64,000 bases of DNA from Myxococcota bacterium (GCA_040386535.1 JAZKFH010000015.1:188800-252799), one strand, 5' to 3'. Positions 6,506-16,555 are shown, counted from the first letter of the stretch. The notes: generated by a model not told the origin, from the sequence alone. Numbers and translations: made by a program.

Positions 6506-9505
6506 TCAGTAGGCGGGCAGCACGTAGACCTTGCCGCCGCCCGAGGCGCCCTCGTCGTTACCGGTCGCGGAGGCGGCCCAGTCGAGCGTGCCGTCTCCGT
6601 CGAGGTCGTACAGGCCGCTGATCGTCGCGCCGAACGCGTCGCCCGCGTTGCCGCCGGTGAAGCTGGCGTGCTGGTCGATGGGGAGGGTCCACGTGCCCGT
6701 GGGCTGGCCGCCCGCGAACAGGTACACGACGCCCTGGCCGCTGGCGCCCGCGGTGGTGGCGCCCGCGAGCAGATCGGTCGTGCCGTCCCCCGTCACGTCG
6801 GCCATCGAGAGCCCCGTGCCGAGCGCGCCGTCGCCGTTGACGACCCAGCTCGCGGTCGCCAAGGTTTCCGCGCCCGAGATCGTGCCGCCGCGGTACACCA
6901 GCACGGCGCCGTCCCCGCCGCTGTACCCGGGCATGCCGAGGGCGAGGTCGAGGATGCCGTCGTCGTCGAGGTCGCCGAGGGCGATGGAGGCCGGGGTGAG
7001 CCCGAGCTGGCTGCCGGCCGAGGGGCCCCGGATCTCCGCGTCGTCCACGCTGGTGATCGTGGTCCCCAACGTGCCGCGCGCGCTGCGGATGGCCGAGCCG
7101 TTGATGAGCCAGCAGGTGCCAGACCCGGTGCCGTTGTCGTCGTCGTTCGGCGCGCACGAGACGAGGTCGTCGTAGCCGTCGTTCGTCAGATCGCCGAGCG
7201 CGACGGAATAGCCGAGGTTGTCGGCGGCGGTGACGCCCCGCACGTAGAAGCTCGACGTGTCGTCGTCGATGTAGTCCGTCATGTAGTTGTCGCTGTAGAA
7301 CGTGACGTACACGCGGCCCTTCGCGCTCTCCTCACCCGGAGCGCCGCCGGCGATGTCGGGATCGCCGTCCCCGTCGAAGTCACCGACCGCGAGGCTGTAG
7401 CCGTACCAACCGTTCGACGAGCGCCCGTAGATGGCGCCTTCGGCGAGCTCGGCGCCGTACTCGGTGCCGCTCTCGCTATCGACGTCGAAGATGTAGACGC
7501 TGCCGTCGTCCGTGGCGTTCGCGTCGTTCTGGTAGAGGCCGACCGCGATCTCCGCGGCGCCGCCGCCGTCGGGATCCCCGATCGAGACGACCGCGGAGCC
7601 GAACCAGTCGTCCGCGTCGTAGCCGTAGACCCGCAGGTAGCCGTCGGTGAGGTTCGCGGGGTCGGCGGCGGTGTCGACGTCGTGGAACGCGACCACGCCC
7701 AGATCCGCGTAGCCTCCCGACCCGCGGCTCGGCGCGCAGATGAGCAGCTCGCCGTCACCGTCGCCGTCGAGGTCTTCCATCGCGGTCACGCCGCCGCTGC
7801 CGATCGCGTCGCTCGCGCTGGTGCCGTACACGGTCCACACGCTCTCGTACTCGACCTCCATGGGGTCCTGGATGCCGTCGCAGTCGTTGTCGAGCGCGTC
7901 CCAGTCCACCTCGGCGGCGCCCGGGTTCACCGTGGCGTTCGTGTCGTCACAATCGTCGATGAGCGTGACGTAGCCGGAGGGCGCGGCACAGTCCTCGACC
8001 TCGACGTCCACGTCGCCGTAGGTGTCGCCGTCCGCGTCGGCGTACCAGGAGGTGCTGGCGAGGCCGTCGTCCGCGACGCCGTCGCAGTCCTGGTCGAGGT
8101 CGTCGCAGACCTCGGGGCGGCCCGGGTAGATCGCGGCGGCGGCGTCGTTGCAATCGGTGGCGTCGGCCACGTAGCCGGCGGGCGCCGAACACCCGACGGT
8201 CGAGACGGAGGCCGCGCCGTAGCCGTCGGCGTCCGTGTCCGCGTAGAAGGTGGTCGTGACGCCGTCATCCACCGTGCCGTCACACTCGTTGTCGAGGCCG
8301 TCGCACACCTCGACGGCGGCGGGGTTGACGGCGGGGTCGAGATCGTCGCAGTCGTCGCCGCCGTGGGCGCTCGCGTCGGTGCCGTCGGCGTCCTGGTCGT
8401 AGTCGGACGCGCCGTCACAGTCCTGATCGACGCCGTCGTACCAGCTGTCGGCCGCTCCGGTGTGGATGGCCTCGTCTGTGTCGGCGCAATCGGTGCCGCC
8501 GTAGGCGATGTCGTCGTACCCGTCGGTGTCCTGGTCGTAGTCGGAGCGCGCGTCGCAGTCCTGGTCGACCCCGTCGTACCAGCCCTCGATCGCGCCGGGA
8601 AGCACGGTGGCGTCGAGATCGTTGCAGTCGGTGCCGCCGTACGCCGCGTCGTCCACACCGTCGGCGTCCTGGTCGTAGTCGGACGCGCCGTCACAGTCCT
8701 GGTCCAGGCCGTCGTACCAGGTGTCGTCGGCGCCGGGGAACACGGTCGCGTCGTCGTCGTTGCAGTCGCCGTCCGCCTCGGAGAGGCCGTCGCCGTCGTT
8801 GTCGATCGTCTCGAGCGTCTCGTCGACGAGGCCGTCGCAGTCGTCGTCCGCGCCGTTGTCGGGGGCCTCGAGCTGGCCCGGGCTCACCGCGGCGTCGGTG
8901 TCGTCACAGTCGTCCCCACCCTCGACGTTGGCGAGGTACCCGTCCCCGTCCTGATCGTAGTCGGAGCGCCCGTCACAGTCCTGATCGAGGCCGTCGTACC
9001 AGACCTCGTCGGAGCCGGGGTTCACCGAGGCGTTGTCATCGTCACAGTCGTCATCCACGCCCCAGCCGTCGCCATCGGCGTCCACCCCCGCCACGACCAG
9101 CGCGGAGAGGGCGACCTCGACCGACGGCTCGTCCGGGTCGTTCGAGGTGATGGCGACCGTGGCCGACGCGGGCCCGCCGATCGCCCCGTCGAAGGTGACG
9201 GTGAACACGGCCTCCCCCTCGGCCGGCATCGTCACGACACTCATGTCGACGTGGAAGTCGGAGCCGCTGACGTCGAGCATCGCTTCGAGCGGGCCGCTCC
9301 CGAGATTGCGCACCACGAACACGCCCGAGACGGCCACGCCGGGCGACGTGGCGCCGAGATCGAGCTCGAGCGGGCTCACCTCGATGTCGGGCGCCTGCTC
9401 GTCCGGACCGGTGTCGTCCGTGTCAGGAACCTTGTCCCCGACGAAGTCGACGGAGAGGGGGGAGCAGCCGGCGAGAAGGAGGAGGGTCAGCGTAGCGCGC
9501 GTCAT
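6506..9505 (-). CDS. Lipoprotein with an Ig-like (choice-of-anchor D type) domain, 8 MopE-related putative metal-binding repeats and an FG-GAP beta-propeller
   Basis: Lipobox LAGC, ITSNDPDEP, eight DC(D/N/A)D...P/TG...E/D...DGxDxxCDG units, and GDFDGDG.PD...GAP and GDLDDDG repeats. Confidence 0.88.
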   Translation of the reverse strand: MTRATLTLLLLAGCSPLSVDFVGDKVPDTDDTGPDEQAPDIEVSPLELDLGATSPGVAVSGVFVVRNLGSGPLEAMLDVSGSDFHVDMSVVTMPAEGEAVFTVTFDGAIGGPASATVAITSNDPDEPSVEVALSALVVAGVDADGDGWGVDDDCDDDNASVNPGSDEVWYDGLDQDCDGRSDYDQDGDGYLANVEGGDDCDDTDAAVSPGQLEAPDNGADDDCDGLVDETLETIDNDGDGLSEADGDCNDDDATVFPGADDTWYDGLDQDCDGASDYDQDADGVDDAAYGGTDCNDLDATVLPGAIEGWYDGVDQDCDARSDYDQDTDGYDDIAYGGTDCADTDEAIHTGAADSWYDGVDQDCDGASDYDQDADGTDASAHGGDDCDDLDPAVNPAAVEVCDGLDNECDGTVDDGVTTTFYADTDADGYGAASVSTVGCSAPAGYVADATDCNDAAAAIYPGRPEVCDDLDQDCDGVADDGLASTSWYADADGDTYGDVDVEVEDCAAPSGYVTLIDDCDDTNATVNPGAAEVDWDALDNDCDGIQDPMEVEYESVWTVYGTSASDAIGSGGVTAMEDLDGDGDGELLICAPSRGSGGYADLGVVAFHDVDTAADPANLTDGYLRVYGYDADDWFGSAVVSIGDPDGGGAAEIAVGLYQNDANATDDGSVYIFDVDSESGTEYGAELAEGAIYGRSSNGWYGYSLAVGDFDGDGDPDIAGGAPGEESAKGRVYVTFYSDNYMTDYIDDDTSSFYVRGVTAADNLGYSVALGDLTNDGYDDLVSCAPNDDDNGTGSGTCWLINGSAIRSARGTLGTTITSVDDAEIRGPSAGSQLGLTPASIALGDLDDDGILDLALGMPGYSGGDGAVLVYRGGTISGAETLATASWVVNGDGALGTGLSMADVTGDGTTDLLAGATTAGASGQGVVYLFAGGQPTGTWTLPIDQHASFTGGNAGDAFGATISGLYDLDGDGTLDWAASATGNDEGASGGGKVYVLPAY

Positions 9506-9563
9506 CCGTGGCCTGGGTGCTCGGAGTATGACACGTACGGAGTGGCCGAGCGCGCGCCGCCCC

Positions 9564-10385
9564 TCACGCCAGGATCAGCTCCGTCACGGCGCCGCGCTTG
9601 CTCGCATCACAGTTGATCGCGCGCGCCGCGGACACGGGCGTGCGGAGGAAGCCGTCCGCATACAGCTCGTGTACGGCCGGCGCGGACGAGTTGGACAGCA
9701 CCACGTGGACGCCCCGCGCCTTGAGGGCCCGCGCCGTGTCGCGCAGGCGCGCCTGCTCGGGCATCCCGAAGCCGCCCGCGGTGTACGCGGTGAAGCTCGA
9801 GGTGGCCGAAAGAGGGATGTAAGGGGGGTCGAAGTAGACGAAGTCCCCCGGCTCGGCGCGCGTGAGCACGGCGCCGAAGTCCTCGACCAACAGATCGGTC
9901 TGCGACAGGGCGATGGACGCGGCGCGGAGCGTGTCGGCGTCGCAGATGGTGGGATTCGTGTAGGAGCCGAACGGCACGTTGAACCGGTTCTGGCGGTTCA
10001 CACGGTACAGGCCGTTGAAGCCCGTGCGGTTCAGGTAGATGAACCACGCGGCGACCTCGGCGTCGCTCTTCGCGTCGACCGCCTCGGCGCGGAGGCCCTC
10101 GAAAAAGGTGCGGTCGTGCGGGAAGCCGCGGAGCAGCGTGATCACGTCCTCCACGTGGTCGCGCACGCCGATCCACGTGCGGATCAGCCGCGCGTTGGTG
10201 TCCGCCAACACGGCGCGCGCCGGCCGCAGGTGGAAGAACAACGCGCCGCCCCCGACGAACGGCTCGTGGTACCGACCGAACCGAGCGGGGGTGTGGGGCA
10301 GGAGCGCGGGGAGGAGTTGCCGCTTGCCGCCGACCCACTTGAGGAAGGGGCGGGGATGCGGGATCGAGGTTGAACCGTCAGCCAT
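9564..10385 (-). CDS. dam: DNA adenine methyltransferase, Dam/D12 family
   Basis: PFLKWVGGKRQL, YHEPFVGGGA, YLNRTGFNGLYRVN, FVYFDPPY, LSNS. Confidence 0.93.
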   Translation of the reverse strand: MADGSTSIPHPRPFLKWVGGKRQLLPALLPHTPARFGRYHEPFVGGGALFFHLRPARAVLADTNARLIRTWIGVRDHVEDVITLLRGFPHDRTFFEGLRAEAVDAKSDAEVAAWFIYLNRTGFNGLYRVNRQNRFNVPFGSYTNPTICDADTLRAASIALSQTDLLVEDFGAVLTRAEPGDFVYFDPPYIPLSATSSFTAYTAGGFGMPEQARLRDTARALKARGVHVVLSNSSAPAVHELYADGFLRTPVSAARAINCDASKRGAVTELILA

Positions 10386-10392
10386 GCCCCGC

Positions 10393-10421
10393 AGCATGAT
10401 CCCGGTCTGTTGGCATGTCAA
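10393..10421 (-). promoter_or_regulatory. Candidate sigma70 promoter of dam (TTGACA-17 nt-CATGCT)
   Basis: -35 at 10416-10421 and -10 at 10393-10398, 7 nt before the ATG. A GATC at 10398-10401 overlaps the -10 edge. Confidence 0.5.
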
Positions 10422-10481
10422 CGGCGATCTTCGAATGATCCCCGGTGATCGTTCAGATCTGGCGTTCGCCGATCCTTTCGT

Positions 10482-11825
10482 TCATGCCATCTCCACCCGC
10501 ACGGCGCCCGTTCGCGCCATCCACGCCACGCGCGCGAGCAGGAGCATCGCCACGGCGGCGAGCCCGAGCGCCAGCCCGGCGAAGATCCCGGGGGCGCCCC
10601 AGCCGGCGCGGAAGGCGAGCCACCAGCCGAGCGGGAGGCCGAACGCCCAGTAGCCGAGGAGGTTGGCGAGCGCGGGGAGCCGCAGATCGCCAGCGCCGCG
10701 GAGCACGCCGAACGCGACGACCTGGAGCCCGTCGAACAGCTGGAACGCGGCCGCGATGGGGAGGAGCGTCACGACGAGCGCGATGACCGCGGGATCGTCG
10801 GTGTACACGCGGGCGAGCACGTCGGGGAGCAGCGCGAACGCGAGCGCGGAGCCGCCCATGATGCCGCCGCCGAGGAGGATCGCGATGCGGCCCGCGAACG
10901 CCCAGGGGAGGCCGGCGCCGACGAGGTTTCCGACGCGGGTGGCGGCGGCCGCGGAGATGCCCATCGGCACCATGAACGAGACGGTGGCGAGGTTGAACAC
11001 GACCGCGTTGGCCGCGATGGACGTGGGCCCGAGCCACCCCATCATCAGGCCGGCGAAGTGGAAGGCCCAGGCCTCCATCGCCATCTGGACGCCGAGGGGG
11101 AGGCCGATCGCGAACAGGCCGAGGAGCGCGGGGACGGAGAGCGCGTCCCGCCAGCCTACGAGGTACGGCGCGAGCGTCTTGCGGGCGAGCCACACCGTGA
11201 GCCCGGCGAGCACGTATTGGCTCGCGGCCGTCGCGAGCGCGGCGCCGTAGATGCCGAGCTCGAAGCCGTAGATGAGCACGCCGTTGGCCACGAGGTTGAC
11301 CACGTTCGCAGCGATGATCGCGATGGTGACCGGCCGCTGGACGCCGAGCCCCTGGAGGGACTGCCGGATGGCGCTGAACACCATCATCCCCGGCACGCCC
11401 CACGCGGCGGTGTGGCACCAGACGCCGGCACCCGCGAGCAGGGCCTCGGGCTGGCCGAGGAGGCGCAGGCCCGGCACGGTCTGGAGCTGGAGCGCGATGA
11501 GGACGGGCGCCATGACCATCGCCATGACGCAGCCGCGCACGATCCCGCGCCCGACCCCCGCGGTGTCGCGCGCGCCGTGCGCTTGGGCGATGACCGGATC
11601 GAGCGCGCGGAGGGCGCCGAGCGCGACGACGGCGAGCGCGAAGTACCAGGAAGTGCCGAGCGCGACGGCGGCCATGGGCTCGGCGCCGAGGCGGCCGACC
11701 ATCAGCGTGTCGACGACCGACATGCCCATGAGCCCGAGCATGCCGACGCTCACCGGCCACGCGAGGCCCCACACCACGCCGGCTTCGGCGCGGGTCGTGG
11801 TCTCGAGGCGGACGGGGTTCGTCAT
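10482..11825 (-). CDS. MATE family efflux transporter (NorM-like)
   Basis: VDTLMVGRLG, AATRVGNLVGAG, FQLFDGLQVVAFGVLRGAGD; polytopic membrane protein. Confidence 0.93.
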   Translation of the reverse strand: MTNPVRLETTTRAEAGVVWGLAWPVSVGMLGLMGMSVVDTLMVGRLGAEPMAAVALGTSWYFALAVVALGALRALDPVIAQAHGARDTAGVGRGIVRGCVMAMVMAPVLIALQLQTVPGLRLLGQPEALLAGAGVWCHTAAWGVPGMMVFSAIRQSLQGLGVQRPVTIAIIAANVVNLVANGVLIYGFELGIYGAALATAASQYVLAGLTVWLARKTLAPYLVGWRDALSVPALLGLFAIGLPLGVQMAMEAWAFHFAGLMMGWLGPTSIAANAVVFNLATVSFMVPMGISAAAATRVGNLVGAGLPWAFAGRIAILLGGGIMGGSALAFALLPDVLARVYTDDPAVIALVVTLLPIAAAFQLFDGLQVVAFGVLRGAGDLRLPALANLLGYWAFGLPLGWWLAFRAGWGAPGIFAGLALGLAAVAMLLLARVAWMARTGAVRVEMA

Positions 11826-11929
11826 GGGGGCCTCTGGTCGCTCGGAAACGGGGTGACGTCAAGGGAAAGGTGGGTGCGTGTGGCGCCCCCTGGGGGACTG
11901 GCGTACGTCTCTGGCCGCCGGGGGTCGGA

Positions 11930-13135
11930 ATGGACGCGGGGGCGACGGGCGGGGAACACGCGGACGCGAGCTTCACCGCCGTTCGGCGCTGGCTCCTCGA
12001 GCAGGGGCGGTTCCTGCCACGCCTCGAGGAGCTGTTCGGCGGGCTCATGGAGCAGCTCCAGGCTCAGGGGCTCCCCCTCGTGCGGTCGGGGCTCCACGTG
12101 TCGATCCTCCACCCCCAGCTGCTGGCCGTGTCGGTGCAGTGGTGGCGCGGGCGGGAGGTCACCCTGGTCGAGCGCCCCCGCTACGTCGGCTGGGAGCTGG
12201 GCGGCTACCAGGACAGCCCGCTCGCCGTGGTGGCGGAGACGCGGACCCCGCTCCGGCGGCGGCTCGTGGGGCCCGAGGCCGCGCGGGACTTCCCCATCCT
12301 GCTGGAGCTCTCGGCGAGCGGCGGCACCGACTACTACGTGATGCCGCTCCTGTTCGGGGACCACCACAGCGGCGCGATCATCTCCTGGTGTACGGACCGC
12401 CCGGAGGGCTTCTCCGACGCCCAGATCCTCGGCCTGAACGACCTTGGGCATCTGCTCGCCGTGTTGTGCGAGCTCCGCGTCCAGCAGGGGCTCGCGAGCA
12501 CGATCCTCGACACGTACATCGGCCGGACGGCTGGGCAGCGGGTGCTGGCGGGCACGATCGTGCGCGGGAGCGGCGAGAAGCTGGACGCCGTGGTGTGGAA
12601 CTGCGATCTGCGCGGCTTCACCGCGCGCGCCGAGGCGGGACCGCCGGAGGCGGTGATCGCGCTGCTCAACGCGTACTTCGAGCGCATGGCGGGCGCGGTG
12701 CAGAGCCACGGCGGGGAGGTGCTCAAGTTCATCGGGGACGGCATGCTCGCCATCTTCCCGATCGTCGCCGGGGCCACCCCCGAAGACGCGTGCCGCCGCG
12801 CCATCCAGGCGGCGCGCCGCGCGTGCGAGGCCATGGCGTCGCTCGATCGGGAGGTGCAGGCCGAGGGCGGCGCGCCCGTGCGCTACGGCATCGCGCTGCA
12901 CGTGGGGGCGGTCATCTACGGGAACATCGGCGCGCCCGACCGGCTCGATTTCACGGTCATCGGGCCGGCCGTGAACCAAGCCTCGCGGGTGGAGGGCCTC
13001 TGTCAGTCCCTCGGGCGGCTGGTGCTCACGACCACCGCGGTGGCCCAGCACGTGCCGGACGAGGTGGAGCCGCTCGGGCCCTACCAGCTGCGCGGGATCG
13101 AGGAGCCGCAAGACCTGTGGGGGCTGCGGAGCTGA
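11930..13135 (+). CDS. Class III adenylate/guanylate cyclase with N-terminal GAF-like region
   Basis: CDLRGFT, VLKFIGDGMLA, YGNIGAPDRLDFTVIGPAVNQASRVE. Confidence 0.9.
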   Translation: MDAGATGGEHADASFTAVRRWLLEQGRFLPRLEELFGGLMEQLQAQGLPLVRSGLHVSILHPQLLAVSVQWWRGREVTLVERPRYVGWELGGYQDSPLAVVAETRTPLRRRLVGPEAARDFPILLELSASGGTDYYVMPLLFGDHHSGAIISWCTDRPEGFSDAQILGLNDLGHLLAVLCELRVQQGLASTILDTYIGRTAGQRVLAGTIVRGSGEKLDAVVWNCDLRGFTARAEAGPPEAVIALLNAYFERMAGAVQSHGGEVLKFIGDGMLAIFPIVAGATPEDACRRAIQAARRACEAMASLDREVQAEGGAPVRYGIALHVGAVIYGNIGAPDRLDFTVIGPAVNQASRVEGLCQSLGRLVLTTTAVAQHVPDEVEPLGPYQLRGIEEPQDLWGLRS

Positions 13136-13150
13136 CCGGTCGGCGCGGGG

Positions 13151-14818
13151 TCAGCCGAGCAGATCCGCGAGCACCTTTGGGCGGCGGCGCTCGACGTGCG
13201 GGGCGGCGCGCACGGCCATGGCGAGGAGCAGGGCTTCCGCCCAGGGCCGGCCGATGAGCTGGAGGCCGATGGGCAGGCCCGCGGCGTCGTAGCCGGCGGG
13301 GATGCTGATGGCGGGGAAGCCGAACAGGTTCGGCGCGTGCGCGAACCGCATGAGCCGGTCGAGCAGCTCGATGTCGGACTCGCCGCCCAGCGCGTCGGGC
13401 CGGATGGGAGGGGCGGTGCACCCGGTGGTGGGGGTCGCGACGAGGTCGACCTGCTCGAACGCCGCGCGCCAGCCCGCCGCGAGGTGGCCGCGCATGCGCA
13501 GGGCGTGGGCGTAGTCGGACGCGGTGAGGCCCTGCGCGAGCGCGAGGTTCAGCGCCGTGTCGGGGCCGTAGGGCGCGGCCCCATGGGGGAGCTGCGACGC
13601 CGCCATCTCCGAGACGATGACGACGAGGTGCGCGATGCGGACGAGGTCGGGGTCCGGCAGATCGATGCGCACCAGCGTGACGCCCAGGTTGTCGAGGAGC
13701 ACGCGGCAGGCCTCGACCACGGCGGGCTCGGCGTGGTCGAACCAGGCGTCGAGCACGCCGACGCGCAGGCCGGACAGGTCGCGGGCGCCGGGGAGGCGGA
13801 CGCCGGGGTGGCCGGAGCTGCCGGGATCGTGGGGGTCGGCGCCCGCGATCAGGCCGTAGATCGCGGCCACGTCGACCGCGTGGGCGCCGATCGGGCCGAC
13901 GTGCGCCACGCTCCAACAGAGCGGCGCGGCGCCGTGCTCGCTCACCCGGCCGAAGGTGGCCTTGAGCCCGACCATGCCGCACAACGACGAGGGGATGCGG
14001 ATCGAGCCGCCCCCGTCCGCGCCGAGGGCGACCGGGCAGAAGCCCGCCGCGGCGGCCGCCGCCGAGCCGCTGGACGAGCCGCCGGTGGCCCGCCCGGTGT
14101 CGTAGGGGTTCCGCGCGGCGCCGTGGTGGGGGTTGATGCCGGTGACGCCCATGCCGAGCTCGTGCATGTTCGTCTTGCCGACGAGCAGCGCCCCGGCCGC
14201 GCGCAGGCGCGCCACCACCGTGGCGTCCGCGCCGGCGGGCGCCTTGCCGAGGAAGGAGGTGCCGACGGTGGTGGGGTAGGGCGCCTGGTCCAGCTCGTCC
14301 TTCACGGCAACGGGCACCCCCTCGAGCCAGCTCCGGGGCGTGCCCGCGCGGAGGCGGGCCGCGGAGGCCTCGGCCTGGGCGAGCAGATCGGCCTCGTCCA
14401 TCGCGATGAACGCGCGGAGCGGCTCGGCCCCGAGATCGACCCGCGCGCGCGCCGCGAGCACCGCCCGCGCGACGGAGACCGGATCGGTCGTGCCCGCGCG
14501 GTAGGCGGCGGTGTAGTCGGCGATCGCGGGGTGGGCGTAGCCGGCGGTCGTCGGGCGGCCCGGATCGGTGGGCGCCTCGTCGAGCATGGACGGGGCGTCG
14601 AGCACGGACCCGTCGAACGAGGCGGCGTCGAGCCAGGCGGGGCGGTTGGGCGAGGCGCCGGCGACGTCGGCAGCGCGCAATCGAGGGACGCCGGCCTGCT
14701 CCAACATCTGCGCGCGGGCGATCGCGCCGACCCCGGGGAGTCCGACGAGGCCGGAAAACGCGCGGAGCGGTAGCCCCGCCAGCCGAGGAGCACGAACGGA
14801 GCGGGGGGTGTACGCCAT
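13151..14818 (-). CDS. Amidase signature family enzyme (fatty acid amide hydrolase-like)
   Basis: GVPVAVKD, GKTNMHE, GGSSSGSAAA, DGGGSIRIPSSLCG. Confidence 0.93.
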   Translation of the reverse strand: MAYTPRSVRAPRLAGLPLRAFSGLVGLPGVGAIARAQMLEQAGVPRLRAADVAGASPNRPAWLDAASFDGSVLDAPSMLDEAPTDPGRPTTAGYAHPAIADYTAAYRAGTTDPVSVARAVLAARARVDLGAEPLRAFIAMDEADLLAQAEASAARLRAGTPRSWLEGVPVAVKDELDQAPYPTTVGTSFLGKAPAGADATVVARLRAAGALLVGKTNMHELGMGVTGINPHHGAARNPYDTGRATGGSSSGSAAAAAAGFCPVALGADGGGSIRIPSSLCGMVGLKATFGRVSEHGAAPLCWSVAHVGPIGAHAVDVAAIYGLIAGADPHDPGSSGHPGVRLPGARDLSGLRVGVLDAWFDHAEPAVVEACRVLLDNLGVTLVRIDLPDPDLVRIAHLVVIVSEMAASQLPHGAAPYGPDTALNLALAQGLTASDYAHALRMRGHLAAGWRAAFEQVDLVATPTTGCTAPPIRPDALGGESDIELLDRLMRFAHAPNLFGFPAISIPAGYDAAGLPIGLQLIGRPWAEALLLAMAVRAAPHVERRRPKVLADLLG

Positions 14819-14840
14819 GCCGGCAGGGTAGATCAACGGG

Positions 14841-16460
14841 ATGGACTCCTCTCCCCATCACGTCGATTTTCTCGTGCTCGGCGCCGGCGTGGCCGGGCTC
14901 ATGTTCGCCCTCGAGGCGGCCAGCCGCGGCCGCGTCCTCGTGGTGAGCAAGACCGACCGGGAGGAGTCCAACACCCGGTACGCGCAAGGCGGCATCGCGG
15001 CGGTGTGGAGCGCCGAGGACAACGTCGAGGCGCACGTGTCCGACACGCTCGTCGCGGGCGCGGGGCTCTGCCGACGCGACGCCGTCGAGCAGACCGTGCG
15101 CGAGGCGCCCGAGCGGATCCGCGACCTCATCGAGCGCGGCGTGCAGTTCTCGCGCCGCGACCAGCATCCCGCCGAGTACGACCTGCATCGTGAGGGCGGC
15201 CACAGCGCCCGCCGCATCCTCCACGCGGACGATCTGACCGGCGCCGAGATCGTCCGCGCGCTGCTCGCCGCGTGTGACGCCGAGCCCAACATCGAGATCC
15301 TCGAGCACCACCACGCGGTCGACCTGGTCACCCACAACTCCCTCGCGCGTCGCCACGGCGATGTGCCCGAGGAGCCCGATCGCGTCGTCGGCGCCTACCT
15401 CCTCGACGCGAAGAAGGGCGAGGTGCTGGCGGTCTCCGCGCGGATCGTGGCCCTCTGCACGGGCGGCGCCGGCAAGGTGTACCTGTACACCTCCAACCCC
15501 GACATCGCCTCGGGGGACGGCGTCGCGATGGCCTGGCGCGCGGGCGCGCGCATCGCCAACATGGAATTCGTCCAGTTCCACCCGACCATCCTGTTCCACC
15601 CGCACGCCAAGGGCTTCCTCATCTCCGAGGCGCTCCGCGGCGAAGGCGGCAAGCTCGTGCTCAAGACCGGCGAGCGGTTCATGCCGCGGTACGACGAGCG
15701 CGCCGAGCTCGCGCCGCGCGACATCGTGGCCCGCGCGATCGACGCCGAGCTCAAGCGCCGTGGCGACGATTGTGTGTACCTCGACATGACCCACCTCGGT
15801 CGCACCGAGCTCCAGCACAAGTTCCCGAACATCTTCGCGAGGTGCCTGGAGCTGGGCATCGATATGGCGACCCACCCCATCCCCGTGGTGCCCGCCGCCC
15901 ACTACTTCTGCGGCGGCGTGCAGACCGACCTGTCCGGCGAGACCAGCATCTCCAACCTGTTCGCCATCGGCGAGTGCGCGTCCACCGGCCTGCACGGCGC
16001 CAACCGGCTCGCGTCCAACTCGCTCCTCGAGGCCCTCGTCTTCGCCAAACACGCGGTCGCGACCGCGGTGTTGCGGCTCCCCGACGTGCCGGGGGGCGGC
16101 GAGATCCCACCGTGGGATCCAGGCCGCGCGGTCGACAGCGACGAGCAGGTGGTCATCACCCAGACGTGGGACGAGATCCGCCGCTTCATGTGGAACTACG
16201 TCGGGATCGTGCGCACCACGCGGCGCCTGTTGCGGGCACGCGCCCGGATCGAGGCCGTGCAGGAGGAGATCTACGACTACTACTGGGACTTCACCCTGAC
16301 CGCACCGCTGCTCGAGCTGCGCAACCTCGCGACGGTGGCGGATCTGGTGATCGACAGCGCGTTGCGGCGGCGCGAGAGCCGCGGCCTGCATTTCACGCTC
16401 GACTACCCCGGCGCCGATCCGCGCTGGATCCGGGACACGGTGCTCCGTCGGCGCCTGTGA
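14841..16460 (+). CDS. nadB: L-aspartate oxidase
   Basis: GAGVAGL, YAQGGIAA, REGGHS.RRILH, QFHPT, HGANRLASNSLLE, RRESRGLH. Confidence 0.96.
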   Translation: MDSSPHHVDFLVLGAGVAGLMFALEAASRGRVLVVSKTDREESNTRYAQGGIAAVWSAEDNVEAHVSDTLVAGAGLCRRDAVEQTVREAPERIRDLIERGVQFSRRDQHPAEYDLHREGGHSARRILHADDLTGAEIVRALLAACDAEPNIEILEHHHAVDLVTHNSLARRHGDVPEEPDRVVGAYLLDAKKGEVLAVSARIVALCTGGAGKVYLYTSNPDIASGDGVAMAWRAGARIANMEFVQFHPTILFHPHAKGFLISEALRGEGGKLVLKTGERFMPRYDERAELAPRDIVARAIDAELKRRGDDCVYLDMTHLGRTELQHKFPNIFARCLELGIDMATHPIPVVPAAHYFCGGVQTDLSGETSISNLFAIGECASTGLHGANRLASNSLLEALVFAKHAVATAVLRLPDVPGGGEIPPWDPGRAVDSDEQVVITQTWDEIRRFMWNYVGIVRTTRRLLRARARIEAVQEEIYDYYWDFTLTAPLLELRNLATVADLVIDSALRRRESRGLHFTLDYPGADPRWIRDTVLRRRL

Positions 16461-16555
16461 GGGCCGCCCGATTGTAGACCGCGGTCGCGACCGAGGTCGT
16501 CTCCGCGGACGTGCGTAGCTTCTCTGCGGGATCCCGTGGGATCCGGGGAGGAGCG

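Noticed and set aside
7870..9080. Near-duplicated DNA blocks
   Set aside because: They are explained by the MopE-like protein repeats and are not a mobile element or array.
9564..10385. dam as part of a restriction-modification or defence island with the hxs locus
   Set aside because: No endonuclease, integrase or compositional break is visible; the neighbours are a MATE transporter and a lipoprotein.
10386..10481. GATC cluster as a replication origin
   Set aside because: No TTATCCACA-like DnaA boxes, AT-rich unwinding element or dnaA-region genes are visible.
10482..11825. MATE transporter as the hxs product exporter
   Set aside because: It is 4 kb away, separated by unrelated genes and a candidate promoter, and nothing in the sequence links it to the operon.
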